A DNA stretch of 25,591 bases from an uncultured Chitinophagaceae bacterium. Lineage in GTDB: Bacteria; Planctomycetota; Planctomycetia; Pirellulales; UBA1268. Location: assembly GCA_964581215.1 (NCBI GenBank), contig CAZONY010000003.1, positions 1 to 25,591 of the forward strand, given 5' to 3'. Positions 16,250-23,963 of the stretch are shown in pieces. The position numbers and the translations under genes are program-made. The notes beneath the pieces are model-generated. The model had not been told where the DNA came from and ran no database searches. It saw only the letters and a program-made list of their open reading frames with translations. Position 1 is the stretch's first letter. Each line of letters opens with the position of its first letter.

Positions 16250-19200
16250 TCACTCCCCCGCGGGCCGGATCGGGATCAGGCTGCCGCGGGCGGCGATCAG
16301 GCCCGCCACCGCCGACGCCGCCACGGTCGAGAGGGCCGACGCGGCCAGCCAGGCCCACGGCACGGCTGCCCGGCCGGCCACGATCAGCGGCATGAGCGCG
16401 AGGCACCCGGCGGCCGCGCCGACGGCCAGCCCCGCGGCGACCAGGAACAGCGTTTCGAACAGGATCAGGCGCCGGACACGGGCCAGCGTGAATCCGATCG
16501 CCCGCAGTACCGCGAAGGGCCCGATCCGCTCGAAGACGCCCTGCATCTGCACGGCGGCCACGCCGAGCGTGCCCAGCAGCAGCCCCAGGCTGCCGAGCAT
16601 TTGAAAGCCAAGGAGGAACGTGTTCTGCACCGCAAACAGGCTCCGCAGCCGGTCGTTGGCACGCTGCACCGACACGCCGGCCTCGGCCCAGGCCGAGGCG
16701 ATCGCCCTCGTCACGATGGCCCGTGACGAGGGATCCACGGCCGATGCATCCACCAACGCCATCGAATAGCCGGATTGCCTCGGTTCGAGCCGTGTAAAAT
16801 TTCGCTCCGAGACGATCACCGCGCCCTGAAGAATTCCCGGCTCCAGCAGGCCGACGACCTCGAGTTCCCTCGCTGGCCCGGCGCCGTCACCAGGAATCGT
16901 GAACCGGGATCCGACCCCTCCCACCCGCAGCGCCCACTGCGCCGTGGCCTGGTCGAGAATGGCCGGAATCGGCTCACCCGCAGCCGCGTCGCGCTCCAGC
17001 AACACCCACGGGCTCCCCGCGCCGGAAGGAAGGTTTGCATGGGTGACGAACCGGAAGCCGCCGCGGGCCACGAACGACTGCCCCACGCCGAGCACGGTCG
17101 GCCGGGTGGCGGCATAGAGGTTGGTGCAGCTCGCATCGTCGCCGCTGTTCGAACGAATCCGCTCGATCGTGCAGGCCGCAAGCATGGCCTGGGCGCCGGC
17201 GTCGAGCCCCAGCGTCGCGGTGACGTCGGGGTCGGCGGGATCGATGCCGTTCGGCACGGCGAACGAGGCGATATGGGTCCAGCCGCCGGTGGGTGACCCG
17301 CGATTGCCGGCGTCGGGAGGTGGCCGCAGCGCGAAGGCCGACACCACGACGATCACGAACTCGGCAAGGCCGACGATCGCGACCACCGCAAGTGTCCGTG
17401 ACCGACGATGGGCGAGTCCGCGCAGAGCGAGCTGCGGGAGTGACCGCACGGCGGTCGTGCGCTGCGTCAGATTCGACACGGGAGCCACGGCCTCTCCTCT
17501 CAGCAGCGGCATGGGCGGCCGGCAGGCCGCCCTCCGCGCGGCGATCCAGACCGCCGCCAGCGAGATCACGGCGGCAGCCGCGGCGCCGGGCCCCATCGCC
17601 GTCAGTCGAGGAGCGGCGGCGCCGAAGAGCTGCCACGATCCGGCCGCGACCGCGGCGTTCCAGGATCGCCCCAGCCACCAGAGCAACGCGGCCGACCAGG
17701 CCGGCGCGAGCAGCAGACCGAGAACCATGCCACCGACCACCGCGATGCCACCGACCACCGAGAGCAGCCCCGCCAACCGCCGTGACGGCCACCCCACCGC
17801 GGCGAGCAGGCCCACCTCACGGGCATGGGCGGCCACGAGAAGGCGGAAGAGAAGCCATTCCAGAGCCAGCCCGGCGGCCACCACGAACATCGACAGCCCC
17901 AGAAAGAGCCCCCCGAATGGGACGGAACCGCGGGCTGCGGCGGTGGCCTCCGCCGCCACCGGAACGACGCGAAAACCGAGCCGCTCCGGATGGATCGCCG
18001 CGGCCATCGCTGCCCGAAGCGACACGCAATCGCCGGCGGTTTCCCGGGGCACGTGCCAGGCCGTGGTCGCGCCGAAGCGGCTCGCCGCCAAGGCACGCGC
18101 GGTGGCCAGCGACACGAACGCTTTGGGGGCGGCGCCGTGCTGCTTCCAGTAACGGTCGTCCTCGTCGTGGGGCGGAGTCGTTCGCACGCGGCTCCGCTCG
18201 AAGGGGAAGGGGGGATCCCAGTCGGCGATCGAAGCCTCGTCGGTGATGCCCTCGACCTCCGGCACGAGGTCCCGCGCCACGGCGGCCCCCTGCATCGAGG
18301 CGATGCCGTTGATCCGCAGCGGGCGTCGCGTCTCCTGCACACGGCCGTGCAGCGTCTCGGGCTCGAAGGTGGTGACCTCGATCACGTCGCCGATGGCAAC
18401 CGGGCTGCCCTGGGCCGAGAAGTCGTCTGCCATCCAACGGTCAATGATGATCTCATCCGGGCCGGGGAGCGGCAGCGGCTGCCCGCGTTCATCCAGGAGA
18501 CCGCCGGTCGGGTGCGTCGCGGTGTCGAGGCCGACCACGGTGGAGTAGGGGACGCTGGCGGTGCGCCCCGAAGGCCGCATGTCCGTGGCAAGAAAGACGA
18601 GCGATGGCTCACCGCCAATGGAACCGAGCACGGCGGCCGCAGCGCGATCGATCTCGGCATCGAGCAGAAGGCGACGGCTGGTGAGCCGGAGTGCCGCGCC
18701 GCGCCCCTGGTCATCCCGCGGGGCGGCGAGCGTGAGCCCGAGGTCGGCCAGCGTCGGTCGCAGGCACCGTCGAATCCGCCCCGCCAACGCGTCGCCATCG
18801 AACGGCACGGCGGCTCCTTCGGACACGCACAGCAGGGTATTCGCCAGCCCCTCTTCCCGGAGGATCGCGTGGGCCGTCGCGAGCGGCATGACGACGAGGC
18901 CATCCGTGACCTGCGTGGGCCGCAGCGAGAATTCCCCGAGCCCCCCCCGCGGCAACACGGCGCTCACCCGGAGCCGACGACGCGACGACTCGGCCGTGCG
19001 CCGGCCCAGCGGGCTATCCGCCGGAACGGCCGACCGCGTGGCCATCCGCACCACGACAGGATCGCCCGCCTCGAGACCGAGCAGCTCCGCCACCGGCGCG
19101 TTCACAGCCACGCCATCGCCGCTCGGCAGCGGCGCGGGCGATGAAAAACCCAGCCCCCCGAGATCGTCGCACGCCAGCAGCAAAACGCGCGCCTCCGTGC

Positions 19201-19558
19201 CGGCTTTCCCGGCGTCGGCCGGCACCTCCACGGTGGCTTCAAGGATGATCGCGGGGATCGCGCGAAGGGCTGGCGACGAGTCATCCTGACCGCCTTCGGC
19301 GAGGCGAGATTGCAGATCGTCGCCGAGAGCCACCCGAAAGAATTCCTGGGAGACCAAGGCCACTTCGATCTTTCCCAGCCTGGAACGGGCCACGGCGAGC
19401 AGGCCGCGGTGCATGGCGTCGCCCACGCCGAGCGCCCCGGCGACGGTCGCGGTGACGACGCCGCTGGCCACCGCCAGGGCGATCACCTGGGGCCACCACG
19501 ACCGTGCGCACGCGAGCGCCAGGCCGGCGATCGAACGGACGACGGGTGGCGGGCTCAT
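16250..19558 (-). CDS. Large MacB/FtsX-family ABC transporter permease (duplicated)
   Basis: 1102 aa with two FtsX-type TM blocks (REVGLLAAVGW; ERIGPFAVLRAIGF) and two large extracytoplasmic domains. ATGA overlap with the ATPase. Confidence 0.88.
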   Translation of the reverse strand: MSPPPVVRSIAGLALACARSWWPQVIALAVASGVVTATVAGALGVGDAMHRGLLAVARSRLGKIEVALVSQEFFRVALGDDLQSRLAEGGQDDSSPALRAIPAIILEATVEVPADAGKAGTEARVLLLACDDLGGLGFSSPAPLPSGDGVAVNAPVAELLGLEAGDPVVVRMATRSAVPADSPLGRRTAESSRRRLRVSAVLPRGGLGEFSLRPTQVTDGLVVMPLATAHAILREEGLANTLLCVSEGAAVPFDGDALAGRIRRCLRPTLADLGLTLAAPRDDQGRGAALRLTSRRLLLDAEIDRAAAAVLGSIGGEPSLVFLATDMRPSGRTASVPYSTVVGLDTATHPTGGLLDERGQPLPLPGPDEIIIDRWMADDFSAQGSPVAIGDVIEVTTFEPETLHGRVQETRRPLRINGIASMQGAAVARDLVPEVEGITDEASIADWDPPFPFERSRVRTTPPHDEDDRYWKQHGAAPKAFVSLATARALAASRFGATTAWHVPRETAGDCVSLRAAMAAAIHPERLGFRVVPVAAEATAAARGSVPFGGLFLGLSMFVVAAGLALEWLLFRLLVAAHAREVGLLAAVGWPSRRLAGLLSVVGGIAVVGGMVLGLLLAPAWSAALLWWLGRSWNAAVAAGSWQLFGAAAPRLTAMGPGAAAAAVISLAAVWIAARRAACRPPMPLLRGEAVAPVSNLTQRTTAVRSLPQLALRGLAHRRSRTLAVVAIVGLAEFVIVVVSAFALRPPPDAGNRGSPTGGWTHIASFAVPNGIDPADPDVTATLGLDAGAQAMLAACTIERIRSNSGDDASCTNLYAATRPTVLGVGQSFVARGGFRFVTHANLPSGAGSPWVLLERDAAAGEPIPAILDQATAQWALRVGGVGSRFTIPGDGAGPARELEVVGLLEPGILQGAVIVSERNFTRLEPRQSGYSMALVDASAVDPSSRAIVTRAIASAWAEAGVSVQRANDRLRSLFAVQNTFLLGFQMLGSLGLLLGTLGVAAVQMQGVFERIGPFAVLRAIGFTLARVRRLILFETLFLVAAGLAVGAAAGCLALMPLIVAGRAAVPWAWLAASALSTVAASAVAGLIAARGSLIPIRPAGE

Positions 19559-20256
19559 GGCGGCACCGACGTGTCGGCCGGCTCGAGCCGTCCGGCCACG
19601 AGCCGACGCACGGTGCCGGGGATGCCCGCGGCAAGCCGCGCGGCGATGGCCTCGGCGTGCGTCACCACGATGAGGATCGCGGCCGTTTCGTCGGCCAGAT
19701 CGACGAGCAGGTCGGAGATCGACGAGGCCGTCTGGGAATCCAACTGGCCCGTCGGCTCGTCGGCGAGGATCAGGTGCGGGGAATTGAGCACGGCCCGGGC
19801 GATCGCCACCCGCTGCCGCTCACCGCCGGAGAGCCGTGACGGCGGGTGAAAGATGCGGTCGGATAGGCCGACGCGATCGAGCAGGCGCCGGCCTCGAGCC
19901 TCCGCCTCCGATGACACCCGTCCGGTGGCCAAGGCCGGGATCAGCACGTTGTCGAGAGCGGAACAGCCCTGCAGCAGGTGATGCTCCTGGAAGACGAACC
20001 CGATGCGGGCGTTCCGAAAAGCCGCACGGCCGTCAGGCGAAAGCCCCACCGGATCGACATCGCCAAGGTGGACCGTTCCCGACGTGGGCTCCTCCATCGC
20101 ACCGAGAATGGCCAGCAGCGTGCTCTTGCCGGAACCGCTCGGCCCCATCACGACCAGCCGCTGCCCCGGCGCCAGCCGAAACGACACATCGTCGAGGACG
20201 CGTAGCGGCCCGGCCGGCGAAGGATAGTCCTTCGTGATGCGACAGACTTCCAGCAT
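19555..20256 (-). CDS. ABC transporter ATP-binding protein (LolD/MacB-type)
   Basis: Walker A GPSGSGKS, Q-loop FVFQ, LSGGERQRVAIARA, Walker B ILADEPTG and H-loop VVTH. ATG 20256 preferred over TTG 20286. Confidence 0.95.
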   Translation of the reverse strand: MLEVCRITKDYPSPAGPLRVLDDVSFRLAPGQRLVVMGPSGSGKSTLLAILGAMEEPTSGTVHLGDVDPVGLSPDGRAAFRNARIGFVFQEHHLLQGCSALDNVLIPALATGRVSSEAEARGRRLLDRVGLSDRIFHPPSRLSGGERQRVAIARAVLNSPHLILADEPTGQLDSQTASSISDLLVDLADETAAILIVVTHAEAIAARLAAGIPGTVRRLVAGRLEPADTSVPP

Positions 20257-20282
20257 GCGGGCGCCCCGTCGACGGGTCCGTC

Positions 20283-20735
20283 TCAAGCCCGATACGGCTC
20301 GAGACGCGCGATGATCTCGTGGGGAATGAGCACCGCCTCCGGCTTGCGTCCCGGATGCATCAGACAGCGAACGGCCACCACCTTCCCCTTCGCGACCGGC
20401 CGCCCCTCATGCTCGAACCTGAAGGCGTAGGTCACGCTCGTGCGGCCGATTTCCGCCACGGTCGCCGAGATCGAAAGCTCGTCGCCGAAGCGAACAGCCG
20501 ACTGGTAGTCACACGAGACAGAAACCCTCGGCCAACTGACGTCCACGCCGTCGCCGCGACGATCCATGACCGGAACGCCGGCCGACCGCAGCAAGGCATG
20601 CTCGGCAGATTCCATCCAGAAAAAGAAGGCCGAGAAGTGGACGATCCCGGCCGCGTCGGTGTCACGAAACTCGACGAGCCGCCGCGTCATCAGCGGGCCA
20701 CGGCCGGTTCGCGGATCAGGAGCTGGAGAACTCAC
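20283..20735 (-). CDS. Hotdog-fold acyl-CoA thioesterase (4HBT/YbgC family)
   Basis: VEFRDTDAAGIVHF, WPRVSVSCDY.S..RFGD and IGRTSVTY.F. Confidence 0.9.
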   Translation of the reverse strand: MSSPAPDPRTGRGPLMTRRLVEFRDTDAAGIVHFSAFFFWMESAEHALLRSAGVPVMDRRGDGVDVSWPRVSVSCDYQSAVRFGDELSISATVAEIGRTSVTYAFRFEHEGRPVAKGKVVAVRCLMHPGRKPEAVLIPHEIIARLEPYRA

Positions 20736-20768
20736 ACTCGGAGCCCCTGGCGACCACGAACGACGGCA

Positions 20769-21056
20769 TTACTCTCCGACGTACGGCAGCAAAGCCATGA
20801 AGCGGGCACGTTTGATCGCCCGGGTGACGGCATGCTGACTGACGGCGGTGCAACCGCTCTTTCGGCGGCCGATGATTTTGGCCTGCCGGTTGACGAGCTT
20901 CCCCAGCAACTCCAGATCCTTGTAATCGACGTACATCGGCCGCGGCCGCGCTCCGTCGATGTAAATGGGATCCTTCCGCTTGACCTTGGCCCTGGGCTTG
21001 GCCTTCTTGCGGGCAGACTTGGCGAACTTCGCGAACTTGGCGGGGGGTGGACTCAT
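20769..21056 (-). CDS. rpsR: 30S ribosomal protein S18
   Basis: VDYKDLELL..L....KI..RR.SG....QH.V.RAIKRARFMALLPY. Confidence 0.96.
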   Translation of the reverse strand: MSPPPAKFAKFAKSARKKAKPRAKVKRKDPIYIDGARPRPMYVDYKDLELLGKLVNRQAKIIGRRKSGCTAVSQHAVTRAIKRARFMALLPYVGE

Positions 21057-21147
21057 GAAAATGCCGGAGGGCTTCGAAAGGATTCAGGGCGGCACCGAGC
21101 CGGTGCACAGGATGAACGATTCTACCGTGATTGCAAGGGCCGACACC

Positions 21148-21192
21148 AAAAAACTCACGGGAGCCGGGGCATCGATCCGCCGGCTCCCGTGA
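21148..21192 (-). terminator. Rho-independent terminator of the RRM gene
   Basis: 13-bp perfect stem (21155-21167 / 21180-21192) followed on the minus strand by GTTTTTT (21154-21148). Confidence 0.85.
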
Positions 21193-21212
21193 TGAACGAT
21201 CAGTGAATCGGA

Positions 21213-21590
21213 TTAGTAGCGGTCGCCACCACCGTAACCGCCGCGACCACCACCGCCGCCGCCGTAGCCACCACGGCCACCGCCACCGCCGCCGTAGCCG
21301 CCACGACCGCCGCCGCCGCCGCCGCCGCCACCCGGACGCGGCGTCCGCTCACGGGCCTCGTTGACCGTCAGCGGGCGACCGTTGATCTCCTGGCCATTGA
21401 GGGCCGAGATCGCAGCCTGCAGTCCCTCGTTCGTCTCCATTTCGACGAAACCGAATCCTCGAGAGCGTCCCGTCTCCCGGTCTGAAATCACCTCAGCGCT
21501 TCGCACGGCGCCGTGCGGAGCAAACATCGCCTCGAGATCGGCCGACGTGGTAGACCAAGGCAAATTCCCCACGTAAATCTTCCCAGCCAT
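21213..21590 (-). CDS. RRM (RNP-1) RNA-binding protein with Gly-rich tail
   Basis: RNP-2 IYVGNL, RNP-1 RGFGFVEM, GRPLTVNEAR, then GGGGGRGGY repeats. Confidence 0.96.
   Translation of the reverse strand: MAGKIYVGNLPWSTTSADLEAMFAPHGAVRSAEVISDRETGRSRGFGFVEMETNEGLQAAISALNGQEINGRPLTVNEARERTPRPGGGGGGGGGRGGYGGGGGGRGGYGGGGGGRGGYGGGDRY
21234..21323 (-). repeat. Three imperfect 30-bp tandem coding repeats (GGGGGGRGGY)
   Basis: Units start at 21234, 21264 and 21294 on the + strand (gtarcc.cc.cg.cc.cc.cc.ccgccgcc). Confidence 0.85.
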
Positions 21591-21719
21591 AAATCACAAA
21601 CCTCAGTTCTCGGGAGCTGAAACAAAAACCATCGACTCATCGACCATCGCCGGGCGCACGAACCGCAACTCCCGATCGAACCGGAGGGTGCAGACGAATA
21701 GTCAGTCGGACTATTGAGG

Positions 21720-21748
21720 AGACTACCATTTTCCGGCTGGGGCCACAA
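21720..21748 (-). promoter_or_regulatory. Putative sigma70-type promoter of the RRM gene
   Basis: TTGTGG (21748-21743) - N17 - TAGTCT (21725-21720) with an extended -10 TG. Implies a 5' UTR of about 120 nt. Confidence 0.55.
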
Positions 21749-21768
21749 CGCCGATGGCTGACCGCCGA

Positions 21769-22314
21769 TCAGCGGGCAAACAGGTCCGACGGCACCGGGT
21801 AACGGGCCGTCCGCCCGTAGTCCTCGAGGGTCCGCCGCTGCCCGGATTCAGGCCAGGGCGTCACGTCCGCAACCTCGGGCATGACCTCGACCAGCTGCCC
21901 GATGAGCATGGTGACCAGCCTCCCGACCGCGGTGCCATGGCTCTGCTCCCGGATGGCGGCAGCGGTTTTCATGAGTTTGATCATTCTCGACCGCTCCAGC
22001 ACGGGCGCCGAAAGCTGCCCATCCGCCTCCACCAATAGCTCGGCGATCGGCACCTCCAAAACCTGCTGCCACCGCTGGATTTCCGACACTTTTAGGTCGC
22101 TGGAAGGGTGTTCCTGGCGGCGCACTTCCGTGATCGGCAGCCGGAGCCTCCGGGCGACCGTCCGCAGCGAAACCCGCTGCTGCCGACGCACCGCGGCGAG
22201 GCGATGCAGCCCACGGCGAACGCCGGAACGCAATGGCGTCCGAGGACGATCGGAGTGCTCCGGACCATCTTCGAACCCGAACTCGCAATCGTGGGGCAGG
22301 TCAACGGTGGCCAT
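21769..22314 (-). CDS. XRE-like helix-turn-helix protein
   Basis: LHRLAAVRRQQRVSLRTVARRL..QE....DL.VS...RWQ.VLEVP..ELL. ATG 22314 has the SD GGAG; the upstream extension is non-coding-like. Confidence 0.8.
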   Translation of the reverse strand: MATVDLPHDCEFGFEDGPEHSDRPRTPLRSGVRRGLHRLAAVRRQQRVSLRTVARRLRLPITEVRRQEHPSSDLKVSEIQRWQQVLEVPIAELLVEADGQLSAPVLERSRMIKLMKTAAAIREQSHGTAVGRLVTMLIGQLVEVMPEVADVTPWPESGQRRTLEDYGRTARYPVPSDLFAR

Positions 22315-22463
22315 GGTGCGTCTCCGTGCTTCGTGACGAGGGCTGAACGAAAGCCCCCAGTAGCAGACGGCATGCCGAAGAGCCGACCGGCAAAAAAAGC
22401 TGATCTTCACAATGCTTTTCCGGGCCGGAACGCATTTCAAAACAAAAAAGCAACAAGACTCCT

Positions 22464-22484
22464 GGTGTTGCATTCTGCAACACC
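22464..22484. promoter_or_regulatory. 9-bp perfect palindrome (candidate operator) in the divergent XRE/porin intergenic region
   Basis: GGTGTTGCA-ttc-TGCAACACC, in an A-tract-rich region. Confidence 0.45.
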
Positions 22485-22685
22485 GAGCCCCAAAAAAACG
22501 CCCCTCCCATACCCCTCACTGAGCTCGCCCCATATTCCCCATCTTGCCGAAAGCGAATCTCCACCCCGACTCTGATCCTTCTCCGCCCCCGAACCGAAGA
22601 ACCATGCACACCCCCCACTTCGAGTGGTCGTGTTCCATTCAGGAGGGGATTGATCCAGGGACTTCGACAGCAGGGAGAATCGTCG

Positions 22686-23729
22686 ATGAAGACGAATGCA
22701 CAGAGGAAAGAGTGGATCTCACGCTGGCGGCCACGGTGGCTGCTGGCGATGGCGGTCCTGATCGCCCCGGCACTGCCGCGGGGCGACGACGCGCGGGCCG
22801 CGGGCCTGGCCGAACCGCTCTGGACGGACTACGCGCTCACCGACGCGCTCTTCTGGCAGCGGGACAATCAGTCGGCAAACGTTCCCCTGATCATTTCCGA
22901 AAACACGGGCGACACACTGATCTCGGCGGCCGACCCTCAATTCGCGGTGGCCCCCGGCGTGCGGTCGTTCTACGGGCGGCGGAGTCCCGATCAGTTCGGG
23001 TGGGAGATCGGCTATTTCGGCGTATATGGCATGACCGCCTCGCGGTTCACATCCGTCACCCCACCGGACTTTCTGCAGTATCCGGGAGCGATCGGTCCGG
23101 ACCTCACCGCCGATGGTGAGTCGGCGACGGTGCAATACAACTCGCTCATCAACGGTGCCGAGGCGAACGTGTTCCGCACCTGGCAGGAGTGGCGGACGCC
23201 GTCGCAGAGTTGGCTCACGGTCGACTGGCTGGCAGGCTTCCGCTACATCGGCGTCGAGGAACAGGCATCGATCAACGTGAATTGCTGCGTCGAGGACGAC
23301 ACGCTCACGTCCGTTCCCTATCGAGTTCGGTCCCGCAACAACATGTTCGGCGGCCAAATCGGCGGCCGAGGCCGCTGGACCTGGGAACGCTGGGCTCTCG
23401 AGGGCTGGGCCAAGGCGGGCCTGTTCGGCAACGCCGAAAAGCAGATGCAATCCGCCCTGATCGACTACCAAGACTTCGAGCAACGCGGCAGGATCTCGAC
23501 GAGCGGCGGTGAGGTCGGCTTCGTCGGCGACATCAACGTCTCCGTGGTCTACCGGCTGACCGACGTGTGGGGCATCCGGGCCGGCTACAGCACCGTGTGG
23601 ATCGGCGGGCTGGCCCTCGCGCCAAACCAGTTCGACTTCACGAACGATACCGACTCGGGCACCCGCCTCGTCTCCGGCGACGGCATGTTCCTGAGCGGCG
23701 CCAACCTCGGCCTGGAGGCCCGCTGGTGA
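22686..23729 (+). CDS. Outer-membrane beta-barrel protein (BBP7-like)
   Basis: Basic/hydrophobic signal peptide, alternating amphipathic strands (DWLAGFRY, FGGQIG, WGIRAGY, LALAPNQ) and a C-terminal beta-signal GANLGLEARW. ATG 22686 follows GGGAGA. Confidence 0.82.
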   Translation: MKTNAQRKEWISRWRPRWLLAMAVLIAPALPRGDDARAAGLAEPLWTDYALTDALFWQRDNQSANVPLIISENTGDTLISAADPQFAVAPGVRSFYGRRSPDQFGWEIGYFGVYGMTASRFTSVTPPDFLQYPGAIGPDLTADGESATVQYNSLINGAEANVFRTWQEWRTPSQSWLTVDWLAGFRYIGVEEQASINVNCCVEDDTLTSVPYRVRSRNNMFGGQIGGRGRWTWERWALEGWAKAGLFGNAEKQMQSALIDYQDFEQRGRISTSGGEVGFVGDINVSVVYRLTDVWGIRAGYSTVWIGGLALAPNQFDFTNDTDSGTRLVSGDGMFLSGANLGLEARW

Positions 23730-23963
23730 ACGCCCGTCGCCTTGCCACGGGCTCGACTGTCCGGCCCACCGATTTCCCTGAAATCAACATATTTTCTCGG
23801 GCATTTGCCCCCGGACGGGTTGCCCCCTGGATTTCGCGACTGTTCCCCGCAAGAGTTCCGCCATCGAGGGGGAGCGACGGCATGAACGGCCGTCACACCC
23901 ACCTCGCTGGCCGGCACGATGCCGGCCTGTTCGATGGTGACCAGGGACGGAGACTCTCGCCCA

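Noticed and set aside
21119-21124. TAGAAT -10 hexamer upstream of rpsR (minus strand)
   Set aside because: It is a good -10 but has no properly spaced -35 or extended -10, so it was not listed as a feature.
21234-21323. 30-bp repeats as a CRISPR array
   Set aside because: They are directly tandem with no spacers, in-frame coding, and there are no cas genes.
22464-22478. Sigma54 -24/-12 promoter within the palindrome
   Set aside because: GG-to-GC spacing is 11 nt on both strands, not the required 10.
22315-22520. AT-rich patch as a horizontally acquired island, or an N-terminal extension of the XRE ORF
   Set aside because: It is short, intergenic and promoter-like. The translated extension is Cys/Phe-rich nonsense, and flanking genes have host-like composition.
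23771-23785. GATTTC-cct-GAAATC inverted repeat upstream of the protease
   Set aside because: Only 6 bp with no U-tract or second copy, so it could be chance.
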